DNA of 62,660 nt, filler included, from Narcine bancroftii (taxonomy: Eukaryota): assembly GCF_036971445.1 (NCBI RefSeq). It is 2 parts of one record of this genome, joined end to end, with 100 filler letters (N's around TTAATTAATTAA, not from the genome) between each part and the next. Parts side by side here need not be neighbours in the genome. Positions count along the whole stretch, not along the records: positions 1 to 31,409 come from NC_091476.1; 1 more part is not named here. The stretch is one strand, 5' to 3'. Position 1 is the stretch's first letter. The number at the start of each line of letters is the position of its first letter. Positions 13,501 through 27,225 of the stretch are shown one piece after another. The notes below the pieces were generated by a model. The model searched no databases. It saw only the letters and a list, made by a program, of their open reading frames with translations, and was not told the DNA's origin. The position numbers were made by a program, and so were the translations under genes.

Positions 13501-13810
13501 TCCGGGCCCCCTCACCTTCTGCAGGAAGCGGCCGAGCAGCGCCCCGAGCTTCTCCTGGTGCTTCAAGCCGTAGACGTGGCTCCGGCCGCTGAAGGAGGTC
13601 TGCCTGCACACGGCACAGTAAAACGGACCCTCCGCCGCTTTCTTCTTGTTCCCCATCACGAGGCCGTCATCTTCCCGACCGGATATTCCAGGAAATTCCC
13701 CCTTGAAAGGGGGATTGGCACCGCCCACAGCGCCACCTGCCCTGAATGACCCGACGCAGCAAGATCACAACAAGCACAAGCTGCATTTGGATAGCGCGAG
13801 TGCTGCAGAA
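13500..13810 (-). promoter_or_regulatory. CENATAC CpG island/promoter with CTCF-like site
   Basis: CpG-rich over exon 1; CAGCGCCACCTGC at ~13728-13740 resembles the CTCF core. Confidence 0.55.
13516..13656 (-). CDS. CENATAC: CENATAC/CCDC84 exon 1 (first Zn finger)
   Basis: ATG at 13656; 47 codons MGNKKKAAEGPFYCAVCRQTSFSGRSHVYGLKHQEKLGALLGRFLQK, resembling human [20 protein letters not shown]; GTGAG donor; CpG-rich context. Confidence 0.93.
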
Positions 13811-14099
13811 AAGTTATTTTTGTGTTTTCCATGGACAGTTGGGTGAGAGAAAAGACACCATGGAGCGTCAAATAAAAAGACAACCTGTTTTAGGGTATTT
13901 ACTTGAAAGCACGATCTGAAACATTTAAAGTTGTCTCTTTCCAGTGGTGTCGGCTATCCTGCTGCACAGAACTCCCCAAAATTTGGTTGTGTATTTTTAT
14001 GCACATCTTACCCTTATCTTATCAGGAAGATAAAGGAAGGGAATTCCATTTCTTCGAACCAGAAAATTATGTAACCTCTCAGCAGCATTTGTGGAATGC

Positions 14100-14325
14100 T
14101 GGCACAGCAGTTAGCGTAACACCTTTCCAGCGCCAGCGATCAGGACTAGATCATAGTTCAAATCCCGCACTGTCTCCCTGAGTGGACGTGGGTTTTCTTT
14201 GGGGACTCCAGTTTTCTCCCACCATTCCAAATGTACTGGGAATGTAAGTTAATGGGATGTAAATTGGGTAGCATGGACTTGTGGGCCGAAATGGCCTGTT
14301 ACTGTGCTGTATGTCTAAATTTAAA
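14100..14325 (+). mobile_element. HE1/V-SINE-like tRNA-derived SINE (one of many copies)
   Basis: tRNA-like head, V-domain-like GTGGGTTTTC...TTTCTCCC, CR1-like tail GGGCCGAAATGGCCTGTTACTGTGCTGTATGTCTAAA; further copies ~2010-2215, 5220-5410, 21945-22200, 29462-29665, 37220-37355, 51840-52040, 57445-57650. Confidence 0.65.
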
Positions 14326-14339
14326 ATTTGAAAAAAAAC

Positions 14340-15340
14340 CTCTACCACCATTAACTCGGCCATCACCCGCATATCCTTCATTACCCACACATCTGCCTTG
14401 GCTCCCTCCACCCCAAGAGGATTCCCCTTGTCTTCAGCACGAGCCTCCCTGTCCAACATATCATTTTTTTAAAAACTTTATTTATTCATTCAAAAAACAA
14501 ATAGTGTATTTAAACGTGAACATGAACTTTTTTTATATAAAGAACCCCCCCCCCCCTCAGCCAACCTGTCCAACATATCCTTCACCATTTCCGCCACCTG
14601 CTTTGTGATCCCGCCACTAGACACATCTTTCTTCCCCTCTGTGCATCGGTTGGAACTGACTCCCTCATTCACTCCTCCCTCCCCACCATTCATCTACTTG
14701 GCACCTCCCCCTGTGACCGCAGGAGATGCTCCACCTGTGCCCACACCTCTTCCCTCACCATCATTCAGGTGCCCAAATAGCCCTTCCAAGTGAAGCAACA
14801 CTTCGCTTGTGAATCTGCAGGGGTCATCTACTGAATCCGGTGCTCCCACTCCATCGGAGAGATTGAATGGAAACTGGGAGATCGCTTTATAAAGCACCTT
14901 GGGTCTGTCCGCCACTATAGAGCCCCACTCCATCGGAGAGATTGAATGGAAATTGGGAGATCGCTTTGTAAAGCACCACCCATTTCAATTCCTCTTCCCA
15001 TTCCCCTACTGACATGTTTGCCTATGGTCTCGTGCACTGCCAGACTGAGACCACTCGCAAATTGGCGGAACAACACATCATCTTCCATCCGAGGACCCTC
15101 CAAAGGAATGCAATCAACATCGACTTCTCCCGTTTCCGTGTCCCCCCCCCCCCCCTCTCCCCCTAATCTTCTTTCCCCGTCCCATTCCCTCTCGTTCTCT
15201 CTCATGGAAAACATGAAAGTCTGCAGTCACCACGGTTGAAGTAAAAACACAAAACTGGAGAAACTCAGCAGGTCGAACAGGGTAGCAAAGAGAAAGATAC
15301 ATAACCCACGTTTCGGGCTTGAGCTCTTCATCAAGGGAAG
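14340..15340 (+). mobile_element. Penelope-like element remnant (GIY-YIG region plus terminal repeat)
   Basis: Degenerate FACESAGVIY...IGE...LGDRF.KH reading; internal ~45-bp duplication; hammerhead-like motif at 15308-15336. Confidence 0.65.
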
Positions 15341-16230
15341 ATACCGCATATGATTAACCCTGATGTGCCTGGAAGGGACAGACTGTAACAAACACTTAAC
15401 TAGCGCGGAGGCGGAGCGACAGCCAGTGCAAGGGAAACTCGAGCTGTAGCTGTGGAACTGAACACGGAAGCATGTAAACCGAGCAACGAGCACGGTAAAA
15501 ACTCTAGGGGAAAGCCGCATTTCAGCGCAGCAGCAAATCACGGGAGAAGGTCCCTTTTGCGGAAGTGTTCAAATCTCGCGATAGCTTGAGTTTCAGTTTG
15601 CGAGTGTGTATCCCTATTCTCTCCCTCTGTCTGTGGCTCTCTCTCTCTCTCTCTCTCTTTAGTGGGAACGCCGGAGAGAGGGAGAAGGAGAAGAGAGGGG
15701 GACAACAGTGGCCAGGATTTGGAACGATAGCTGGTGAGGGAGAGAGCACCTTGCCCGTAAGAGCCGAGCGTGGAGCCAAGTCCCCGGGCTTTGTAGCGAG
15801 TGGTGGGCACGGGATACCCCGGCGGAAGGCGTGCGCGGGGAGGGGAGGGGAGGGGGGGGGGGGGGAAGGGAAAGGTATCGGCAGCATGTTTAGGATCCCT
15901 GCTTATTTTTATGTGCCCCGTCCCTTTGTGCATCCCAATGTCACTTGAAACCCCACCGGCGTGCAGCGACACCCACAACGTGGCGATTTCACTTCTCCCT
16001 TCTCCCTCTCTTCTGAAAGTCCTTGCTTGAGTCAAGGGTAATCCGAATAGTTCGGTAAGGAATGAGAGGAGTTCCGACTGTGGTATCCCAGGGAATTCCC
16101 TTTCTCTGAAACCTACAGCTCGGCGTGTTTTTTTTTTGCCCCCGCTGTGATTTGCTTTGCAACTTGAATCGTGTGATTTTGATGGTCACCTTGGTGGGTG
16201 TCGGGAGGGATCTGTGGCGTTGCCGTCAGC
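15340..16230 (+). promoter_or_regulatory. Second CpG island; candidate promoter/first exon of a + strand gene
   Basis: CpG-dense, apparently non-TE sequence with a (CT)n tract and G-runs; donor-like CG|GTAAGG at 16055. Confidence 0.5.
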
Positions 16231-16244
16231 ATCATACTTGGAAA

Positions 16245-17335
16245 ATAATGACATAGTCATCGAACAGGGTCAGTTTGACTAATCTGTTGGAGTTCTCCGA
16301 GGTATATTTGGCAGTTGTGGATGATGTGGTGCTTTTGGATTCGCAGATGGCTTTCAATGAGGTCAATAAGATGCACAGGGTTTGAGCAGGCGAGGTTGGA
16401 GGAAAATACCAACGCGGAGTGAGAGTTGGTTGACAGAAATAAATGGACCCTTCTTGCATTAACTACAGAATGCCACGGGGATCAGTGCCTGGGCCCCAAC
16501 TATTTGTAATGTATATCAAAGGTTGGTCTGAGGGGACGAAATGTAACATTGCCGAATTTGCTGACAACCTAACATTTAAGAGGTGTGTAATAGGGGAGGC
16601 CTGAAAAAGATAGAGGCAGGTGGAAAATATGGGGTGTTCTGTTTCAACAGAAAAACAATAGAAATGCCGGCTAATTTTAAATGCTGAAAGATGCTCACAG
16701 GAATGTGGATGTTTTTATACACAAGCCTCTCAATGCCAACATGTGCACAGCAGGCTGTAAAGAGTCTTTATTGTTGAAGGATTTGCAAAGATTAAATAGG
16801 ACCTTGATGAAACTGCACCTCGACTATCATGTAAAACATGACCTCCTTTAACTTAAGAAAATTTTAACTTAAGACTGAGTTATTGCATGAGGAGAACTGG
16901 AAAGCTAGGCCTAAATTCTTTATGGAGGCTTTGATGACAGAGAGCTGGCTTGCCAAATGACACAATTATTGGATAGGGGAGATGTGGAACAACAATTCCC
17001 CTGGTGTGGATGGATAAGAGGCTTGGGGGTAATATGGGTAAGAACATGATGAGGAGCCATTCATTGGAATGCTGGAGTCTCGAACTAGGTCAGAGTCTCA
17101 AAAAAAGGTGTGGGCAGTTTAGGGATGAAACAGAGAAATTCTTCTCGCATCGAGATGATGAATCTTTGGAGGTTTCCAACCCAGAGGGTTATGGTGAGTT
17201 GGTTGGTCGTTGATTTCATTCCACACTAAGATCGACAGATTTTTGGATGCAGGAGAAATCAAGGCAGATGTGTTAATGTAGAAAAGTGGTGTTGGGGTGA
17301 AAGGACTTGTTAAATGACAGCACAGGCTCAAGGCA
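16245..17335 (+). mobile_element. Degenerate CR1-clade LINE (RT to 3' tail)
   Basis: Remnants of the LTNLLEF, PQGSVLGP and FADD coding stretches plus a CR1-type tail. Confidence 0.7.
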
Positions 17336-19664
17336 CCTGCTTCTTGTATTCTTGAAACATGATCTCTATTATTGGTTAGTCTTTGAATCTAAATGGGAAA
17401 GGTGCTACTGAGGTGAATGTTTTTATGACCTCATGTGAAAGTGCAATAAGTCAGTGGAGATATTTTTGAAAGGATTTACATGCAACAAAGCAAGTTGGAG
17501 GAAAGGATGGTGAATACAGTCCAGGAAACCCTCTCTCAGAAAAGTGATGCCGTAGCCCTTCGCATGGTTTTATTTGGCAAATCCCAGTGGATTTCTTGAT
17601 CGCTACTGATCTGACCTAGCTTTGTCTTTGGAAGAATGCAATTGGGTTTGGATTGGTAATTTAGGATTTAGGACATTAGCTTCTCATTGTGATCTTACCT
17701 GTGCCAGCACTAACCATCTTATCTATATGTGTTCATTGAGGAATCATTTGCCACCTTTCAATCTCATTGCATACACATGAATATTACTTGCATGTTTTGG
17801 ATTGTGATTGTGAGTAGCCATGTGTTGTATTTCTGCTTTTATGAAAGTAGACCAGCTAAGCAAGAGGAGGATCTTCTTAAAAGGCACGTTTCATGTTCTT
17901 GTGAGGGTAAGAGGGTGTCTTTGCTAAGAAGCCATCGGAAGATGTCAATCATTGGTTCTCTTCAAGTTGACATCCAGGTTAAGGGGAAAATAAAACTCCA
18001 GTCCACACCTCACTCCTGACCTAGGTGTCCTAAACCAAGTGATATATTGATTAACTGTTCATCTGACCACCTTCTTATCAAGGATGTTGTAGGGGTGTGA
18101 CCTATAAAAAGACTCGGAGTAAAACCAAGTTCAAAGTTTTTAGTTTCACCTCGAGAGGATGGAGGATTTAAGGCCTGAGCACAGGACATCAAATCTAATC
18201 CAGTTTGACTTTCCGTTGTAATACTACCACAGGTGCCACCTTCAGGGTGAGATGTTAAATTGAAGTCAACCCATAAAACTATTCAAAAAATGGTTGCAGA
18301 TGTGTTCTGCCCTGTGCCCTGGACTTTATAATCACTGAAGCAACAGATTGTTAACTGTAAATCTTTGGCTATTAATGGATAAATTCACTTATAGTGACTG
18401 CACTTCCAAATGTGTTTCAGCCCTTGAGTAGAATGGGCAATGTAAAGTCAAGATCTCATCTTTGTTTCTTCCTCTTTATTTCCTCATGTGATTTAAGCTG
18501 AACCTTGGTCCCAGGGAGAAGAGTGGATGGACCTTTGCATCAATCACATCCATTTAAGCAATTGACTCACACCCTTGTCCAGATGGCTGTTATTCAGTCA
18601 GCATGTACCATATTGATTGAACCACATTGAGTTTAATCTTGCCTGTAGTGAACATACTTGTTTTGAACAGGCCAAACAATGGTCCCTATCATCACCAAAG
18701 CCCATTGTGCCCATTCTTCCCCTGGTAGAGACAACCTTGTTCTGCACAGACTGGGAACCAAAGCTTTGCATCATGACCCACATTGTATGCAGTTCAACCA
18801 TCTGACCTACATGAGGTCTTTGTTACATTGATTTTAAAATGTTCAGTGCTAGTGTTAAAATCCCTGGGTATCTTCACCTCTCCCAACCTTTGTGATTTTA
18901 GCCAGTTCATGATCTCGATGCTCCTGCTGTTCTGGCACTTTGCATGTTCCTGGTTTAGGGTGTCCATCAGTTTTATCTGTTTCTCTACTCTGAAGCTCCA
19001 TGGCCACTACCCTAAAACTTCTTAAATTCTACTTGGTGCTTTTGTCAATGCTCTTCTGGAACACCTTGTTTTATATTAAAGGCGCAATATAAAGGCAAGT
19101 TATAACATGATTTGTGTACAGACGTGCTCAGGATACACTTGCTAAAAATGAGGAAGACTTGCATTTATTTCTCACAGTCCTGGAGTTCTACTGTTGAAGT
19201 GCAATCACTGAAAACTCAACCACTTCACAGAGCAAAGCAGCAAGGACCCACAAATAGCAACATGATAATGATCAGATAACCCATTTTGGTGTTGTCAGTG
19301 GAAGGATAAATTTTGTCACAGACCGACAAGCTTTAATTTAATGGTTGGTACCTCAAAATGTGCAGGAGTCCCAAAGTGTGCATCAACTATGCACTGAGAC
19401 TTGAGCCTACAATTTACTGGCTTGAACACAGTTATAACCAACCTGGTCCATGTTTTTTCTGTTCTTATCCATTGTCAAACAAATGGGAGTACCTTTAATA
19501 ACAGGATTTTCTTGCCATGTAACTCTTGTGTTCAGTTCTGATGTAGATACTTATTTCCAACTATTAGTATACTGAATAACATCCTGTATCTTTATGCAAG
19601 CACAAATACATTTTTGGTTAATTTCAGAAAAAAAAGTTTTTAAACTAATTTTCTTTCTCCATAG

Positions 19665-19804
19665 AATTTTTTTGGATATTTTCCTGCTTTTATCTTGAAG
19701 ATTTGGGCTTTACATGGAGCGAAAGTGAAGATCTTAAACTATCTTCATTTTTAAAAAATTTGACTCGCAGAAAACTGTGGTCATGAAGTCTTCAATATCA
19801 GTTG
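19665..19804 (+). other. Candidate exon of an unidentified + strand gene (ATG at 19783, MKSSISV)
   Basis: CTAAT branch point, pyrimidine tract, TAG acceptor, G|GTAAGT donor; in-frame stop upstream of the ATG. Confidence 0.4.
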
Positions 19805-22800
19805 GTAAGTGTTATTTTAAATTTGGAGATCTTTTTCAAATATAAAATATGTTACAGAATTGATGTTGACTGTTACCTGCTACTTTTCCAATCATTTGCT
19901 ATTCCTTAGGATTCCCTAATACTTCCAAGTTCAAATTTATTTTCACATGTACCAAGGTGCAGTGAGAGAGTTTGCATTTTTTGAGCAGTCGAGTTAGTCA
20001 TTCCATACATAATACAGCAAGTAAAATGCCCCTCAGAAGTGCAGTTGCAGAGACCAGTTTGCACAGAGCAAAGGCCACATAATTTTAATGGTGAAAGGTT
20101 CATTCAGTGCCCTTAAATCTGTGAATCTACTTCCCTATAGGCCAGTGTGGGATGCTTTAAGGATAAGCTGTTGGGGGGGGGGTTATCCTCAGAGTCCTGT
20201 GTGTATCCCTCCATTACCAGGGAGAGCATCTTCCTTAAAGTGCTGGAAAGAGAGATGTTGCATGATTTTATGGCAGTCATGGATGGATTCATGAGTGAAA
20301 AACAAGCTGCTGGAGAAGCTGGGGGTGCGGTGGTTGGTGTCAGGCAGCATTTGTAGAAATGGTCAGCAATTGTGGCTGAGACGATGCATCAGGACTGATA
20401 GATTCTTGGTAAGCAAGAGAATGAAGGGGTTACCTTGAGTGGACAAGACCATGATTACAGTAGTGATTGTACTGTATGTCAAAGCAAGTTTGAGAAACCT
20501 ATTTCTCCACCCATTTCATGTTAGTGCGCACGTTGGCCCAAATTGCTGCTTGTTGGAGCTTTTGCACATAGTACCTATTGCATTTGCTACACTTCAGTAT
20601 CTACAAAGCTCTCTGAGATGTCATGAATGAAATGCCGGTAGTATTACTCTGTAAGTTGATGACGCTGATGACTGAATTTCTTGTCTTTTGAATCCTGTTA
20701 GTGTTTGATGCCTCTTTTCGCTTGACCCTTGTAGGTGAGATGGCTTTCGACTGGTGCAAGATGCCTTCAGAACATTACCTACAGCATTGCCACCTCGCTT
20801 TTATAAATGTGTTTGATGAGTTTCTCTTCAGCCAGCAACATGAGCCAACAAGATTCCTCAAGTGGGCCCAGGAAGGATTGCTGCTCAGTAAAAAAGTGTA
20901 AGTCTATTTAAAGACTTGACTCACAGTACATCAGCAAGGAGATAGACGTACACCCTAACCCTAACCAAGCTCTGTCTGCACTTTTGAAACATCACCCTTT
21001 TTTCCTTGCACTGACTACAACTGTGGATGTTTATTTATCCTTTATTACCTTTTGATAATAAAGAGAGCCAAGTCCCTGCCAAAAAGCCAGACAGATCATT
21101 TTAATTTATCATTTAAACTGTGATGTAATTAGATTTGTAATGATGCATTGCAGCCTGTGATGAATGTCGAAGGGCTATAAGTGGCAGGTTTTTCAGCGCG
21201 ATTGCACAGTTGTGTTGGGCCATATGGTCTTCTTTGCCTAACGGTACATGGTATGATGCAGTTAATTGGATAAGACAGTGGCCTAGAAATTTGTGCACAA
21301 TAATCAAAAAGGCCAGATTGTCCAGAGAAAAAATTGCATTAACAAATTACACATTTCTATGTAAATGTTGATATTTAAAAAAACTGACGATGGACATTTT
21401 CCTGCAAGTAATTTCTGTGTTCCAGCAATGTTTCTCTGGCATTTAGCTCCCCCAAATGACATCAGTGGTGATATACTGGCCAACATTTGTTTCAGGACAG
21501 ATTTTCAACCAAGTTATTTGATTCACAGCTAACACTCTCCTTACTTAGAAAATTCAGCTTTTAATTTTGCTGTGTGTTTGAGCTGAGTATTTAGAGAATG
21601 AGGCACATCCTTCCCTCAGTAAGTTGAAGGGTGTTCCACAACTTTCTGCCAAGTAATTTCCGACCCAAACTGTGATCCCAGTCATCTGATGTCGAGGTGG
21701 TTTTGGCATACTTCCTTTCACTTTAAAAGAAACCAGCAGAATATCCCATTTGTTATTCATCAGATCAGAAATGCTTAAAAATCAGGAGAAAGTTAACTGG
21801 CAAAAGAGATGACATTCCTGGCAGGAAGTTGATGGGAAGTTGTCTGTAAAATTATGTGTACATTTTGTGAATGCCTACACTTTGGGAACCCTGCAGCCAA
21901 ATACACCTTTCAGGAGTGAATGCAGGTCATTTTCAACAAAGTTGGACAGCACAATATTAGTAGAGCTGCTACCTCACTTCAGCGACCCCCAATTCCATCC
22001 TGACTACAGCTGCTCTCTGTGCAGAAGTTGCATCTTTTCACTGACTGTGTGGGTTTCCTCCAAGTGCTCTGCTTTCCTCCCACATCTCAAAGACATGTGG
22101 GTCATCAGGTTAATTGGCCATTGTAATTCGTCTGAAATGCAGGTGGGTGGTAGAATTGATGGGAATATGGAGAGAATAGGTTGCAGAGAAAGTTAGTGCA
22201 GGAGTGGAGTTGGTGAGCCAGCATAGATTTAACGGGTCAAATAGACTCCTGTGTTGTAATGAAATATAGAAAATATTTATGCAAGGAGGTTGATATATGG
22301 AATGAGCTGCCAGAGGAAGTGGTTGTGGAGGTTGTAATTACAATTTTCAAAAGGTATTTGGACAAGTACATGGATGGAAATGGTTTAGAGGGATATGGGC
22401 CAAATGCAGCCAAATGGGACCAACTCAGATCAACAGCTTGGTCAGCATGGACAAATTGAGTTGAAGGGCCCATGCTTTATCACCCGATGATTGTAAACCT
22501 TGAAGCCTCTGCACTTTGCAGAGGAGCTCTCTGTGATGAGTGTAAGTCCCGTGGTGAGGGATAGCAATGAGTTGTGTATGGCACATCTCAGCAATGGAAA
22601 CTGAGGATCCCGAGGCAAGGGTGGCCCTGACTTTGATACCGAGAGCTGTGCCAGCTCTTTGCTGCAGTTGCTGTCAAGATAAACCTCAAGTAATGAAAAA
22701 CACAAGTTCCCAGCCTGCTCTCAATGCCAGAGGTAACCTCGTTCACCAAAACCTCTCCTTTAAAACAGTGAGTCATGGCTCTTCCTCACTTCTGTTCTCA

Positions 22801-23299
22801 GGGAAGAAAGTCTGTCTCCTTACCAAGCCTCAACAGTACAGTTGACTCTTAACAGCTCTCTCTTTTAGTTCACTACGGCTTAAAGAAAGTTAGGAATGAG
22901 AAATAAAAACTGGTTTCCCATGATGTTAAAAAAAATTTGTTTACATCACAAAATATGTAGTACAATCAGAAGGGTTATTCTGTGAGCAAACCAACAAGTT
23001 ATCTCTCCATATAACCATATAACAATTTACAGTACGGAAACAGGCCATATTGGCCCTTCTAGTCCGCACTAGTTCCACCTACCCACTCCCTTGCCCACAA
23101 CCCTCTAACCCCCTCACATCCATGTATTCATCTAACCTCTTAAATGACAATTGACGAAGAAAGATTTGGATTCGCATTCATATAGGTATGTAAAGAACAA
23201 AGAATTACAGAGAGTAGGATTCCAATGAAAAGAAAGATCAATTAGCACCAAGCAAGGGCTGCATGATAGCACTGTTAAAGGATCTGATGTTTTTAAGCC

Positions 23300-23900
23300 T
23301 GTTGGTTTAGTACTATAAGCCTTCTTCCTGATGGGAGAAGGGAGAAGAGAGTATATCCAAGATGTGATGGGTCCTGCAGTCTATTGGCTGCTTTTCCTAG
23401 GCAATGTGAGGTGTAGATGGAGTCCATAGAGGGGAGGGATGTTCTGAACTGCAGTCACCACCTTCTGCAGCTTCTTCCAAGCTTGAGATGAGCAGCTTGC
23501 ACACCATGCTGTGGCACATCCATGTTCTACACGGTACACCTGTAGACGTTGTTGAGGGATAATGGGGACATGCTGAACTTCCTTCATCTTCTAAGGAAGT
23601 AGAGGCATTGGTGCACCTTCTTTACCATCATCAAGTCAGGTCATTGAAGATATTTGTTCCTCAGAACTTGAAGCTATCTATTCTTCTGACTTCACCATCA
23701 TTAATATGGACAGGAGTGTGGACTCTGTCCCTTCTCTTCCTTGATCATCTCCTTCATCTTATTGATGTTGAGAGAGAGAAAGGGGTTGTTATGCCACCAA
23801 ACTTGCAGTCTCCAGTTCCATTCCATCGTTATTTGATACCCAACCTATTACTGTGGTGTGTTATGAAAATTTGAAGATGTATTTGGAATGGTATTTATTC
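23300..23900 (-). mobile_element. Rex1/Babar LINE 3' fragment
   Basis: GCATAWCASCSSQAWKKLQKVVTA resembles the Rex1 C-terminal region; similar fragments at ~26230-26580 (-), ~27550-28140 (+) and ~45720-45945 (-, MKCFERLV...LDPLQF). Confidence 0.6.
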
Positions 23901-26900
23901 ATACATTCACTCTTCTGCTATAAAGCTGATCTCAGCAATCAGCTTCCAAAAACTCTCTCATTTCCACATGTAGCAAATGACTTCTGCTGAGCATCTGGTC
24001 TCAGATTTAGCCCCTATGCGATTAGGGGCTATATCTTGGTGGCATAGCCCAGGCAGGATCTGTTGCATGCTGAGATGGAATCTGGCCTGAGTAAAGTGGG
24101 AATGTGTAGGAGAGTAGCAAGTTTTGCAGCCAATACTTGATGCTCACATTATAAAAACAGCTTTTTGACCTTTGCAAATAAACTCCTACATTTCGCTGTT
24201 GAGATTTGGGTCTAGAACTTGTTACATGCTGTAATAAGTGCTCTGTAGTTGTTTGCACATATGTTAACCACTGTTCAGGTCTTGGGGCATCTGCTGTCAA
24301 CATCATTCAGCTCAACCACGTTTTATAAGGGGTGAAGTTAGGTCTGAGTCTCGGCGAGAATACTTGGGAAGGGTTTGAGAGAGGACTGTGATTGGAAATC
24401 CCATCAGGCTTTGTAGCCAGGGTAGTGCAGTGGATGGGGTGGTGGTGTGGTGAGCACTTTATATTTGAGACCTGGTTGGGCTCTGTGGAGTGAGTGAGTG
24501 TGTTTGGCTGGAGATTGGTGCCCTGAGGAGGAAGGTTGGTAGAAAATATTGGTGAAAGATCAAGCAGTCAGTGTTTTAGGGTATGAGAGGGGGAGGTTGA
24601 AGAATTGGGCCATGGGATGGTGAACGGATGTAATAGGAGGAGATAAGGCACATGGGTGTCAGGGTTGAGAATGGGGTGGTTGTTATGCTGAGGGCATAGG
24701 ATGTGTCATAAAACTTGCCTTGGTAAGGTGCCAGTGCAATGTGGTGCTATTGAAATGGCAGCGCTTAATGACCACTGCCACCTGGGACATCGTGAACTAT
24801 TCTCCTCAACCGTGCTTTGAGAGGAGTGTTGCACAGGAAATGGTACTTGATGTGTGTCCTCTGTGGAATTGGTGTTGATGGGGGGGGGGGACAGCAAGTC
24901 ATGGTGGGAGGTGCCCAGCTGAATTTCTGCAGTGACCCAGCACCAGACTTGGGAACATTTCTCTCTGTGGGGAGGGGGGGGTGGAGGAGAGGATGGGAGG
25001 GAGGGTCCACCTTTGATCATTTAGAACTGAAATTAATAGTAAGAAACCAAATTTGTGACCTTTAGTGTTTCAAGCCTAATTAAATATCTACTGGAGCACT
25101 TTAACCCTCCACTGTATCCCTGCTTTTTAATTGATCCATGATTGGTGACTCTGTCTTCAACTGGCTGACTTCTCAAGGTTTTACATTCCCTCTGTTGACT
25201 CCATTGCCTCTTTCCTTCCTTCTTCTCTTTAGACAAACTTTTGCTCACCAGCCTCGATAACACATTCTGAGACTCAGGCCAGATTCTACTTGCTGGGGTC
25301 TTTAGGAGCACATTTTAGGGTGCTGTACAGGTACTTTGGTTATGAAATAAAATCTTTTAAAAAAAGTTGGAAATACTTAGAAGCTGAGGTAGTGACCATT
25401 TTCATCAGAACCTTGTGCTGATCTCAATTTTGCACCCACCCACTCCTGTTATTTTGCCTGCTGATTAAATAGCTTTATTTCCATTCCCAGTCTTTCTCTA
25501 ATCAATGAATGAAATGGAGAAATCTCTCTCTTTAATGCCCCAGTGTTATCTTCCCAATTATCCAGAACGAGGGAGGTGATTCCACAAAGCTTTAGTTATA
25601 AAATCTCGATCCAACAAGTAGCTGCTGTGTGCTCATCTGGGGGCTGTGTGACTTGAGAGAAACCACAAAACTTGGGAGCAGAAATAGGCCATTTAGCCCA
25701 TTGTGTCGGCTCTGCCATTTAAATTATGGCTGATGTATTTTTCCTTTCACCCCAATCTCCTGCCTTCTCTCTCCCCGTAACTTTTGACACCCTGGCTAAT
25801 CAAGAACCTATCAACCGCTGCTTTAAAACCAGGGATGTTTTCCCTGAGCTTCTGCTGCTATTTCCTGCTTGGTGGTTGAGGTCACATCTGTTTGATATAC
25901 TGTTTTTTTTGAGGATGTTTGCAAAGGATAGACTTGTGTTGGGCAGGTGGAGTGATTTCTCTGATGTGCCTTTATGCATCCTCACTCTGTGGTCATAGAT
26001 GCGAACATCTCAGCTTTGCCTGATTTTGTGTATAATAGTGAGTCATTAGAGACCCCTGGGGTTGAGAGCTCACTTCAGAAAACTTGTTTATTGATTGTCA
26101 AGTTTATTGTCATCTGATTGCACAAGTACAACCCGACAAAACAGCGTTTTCTGATCCTCAATGCAAGACCCACAACTAGACATGCATACAGACAAGCAAT
26201 ATATATGCAGATGCATATATTACAGAAGAAGCTGTTCCGCAGCTTGGGTCTGATACTCGTGTATCTCTTTCCATCGGGAGCAGCTGACCAACGATCCTGG
26301 TAGATCACGTCAATGTTGGGGGGCAGGGCAGAGCAGAAGGGAGGCTCCAGTGATCTTCTCTGCCATTCTTCTGGTCCTGTGGATTAACTTCCAATCCATT
26401 TCTCTGCAGCATCCAACCGTACCACACTCTGATGCAGCTGTCCAGGACACTCTCAATGGAGCTCCGGTAGAAGTGTGACATAATGGTGGCCAGTATCCTT
26501 GCTCGCTTCTGTCATTTCAGGAAGTGCAATCACTGTTGTGCCATCCTGACAAGCGAGGAAATTTGTGTGACCATTTTGTGATATACGAATGTCCCCAGAG
26601 TTGCCAGCTTCATTTTTATTCCCAAACCAACTCCTCATTTCCAGCCACACAAGCCAGAGGGTGAAGAATTGGCTGACCTTTTTCTGAAGATTGTTAGTGA
26701 AGCAGGTGGGTTTCAACAACAATTCAGCGGCTTCTCATTTGCCATAAGTAGATGTAGAAGATCACATGGTGATGCATTGTTGAAGGTCAGTAGTGTTGCC
26801 CTGAATCTCATTTATTCTCAATCCAACAGTGTGGTGTGGCATTGGTGGATAAATTATCAAATTACAAATAAATTCAAATTTAATTACTTGAGCTGCTATG

Positions 26901-27158
26901 GTGGGAACTACTGTCTGTTAATCAATAGTCTAGTTTATAATTGCTAAGGTCAATGGTGACTTCCAAGTGAAGTCATCCCTGTTTCCTTTCCCTATTCCAC
27001 ATGATAAAGAGTGGCCCCTCTCATATTTCCAGCCTCGTTGCTCAAATTCAAGCAAGAGGTTGGTCTCCTCCCTGGATTCTGAACATGTTGTGAATCCATG
27101 GGAGCAGGGGTAAAGAGTGTTTGCAACCTGTGTGTATTTTGCTTTCTTCTCTTCATAG

Positions 27159-27225
27159 ACTATAGTGTTTGGGAGATTGCCAAGTTTGGAACTGAGTGGG
27201 CAGATTATGCTATTGTACAGCGTGG
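27159..27225 (+). other. Candidate internal exon (DYSVWEIAKFGTEWADYAIVQRG)
   Basis: Long pyrimidine tract + TAG; G|GTGAGT donor; phase fits the 19665-19804 exon. Confidence 0.35.

Noticed and set aside
13041-13728. Long Pro-rich and Gly/Glu-rich ORFs
   Set aside because: Only 13516-13656 is CENATAC exon 1; the rest is read-through into the C-rich repeat.
20953-20966. CCCTAACCCTAACC telomere-like repeat (similar at ~44339)
   Set aside because: Only about two units; expected by chance.
22567-22845. 92-aa ORF ending near an AG|TGAGT donor-like site
   Set aside because: No recognisable homology or acceptor; cannot be distinguished from a chance ORF.
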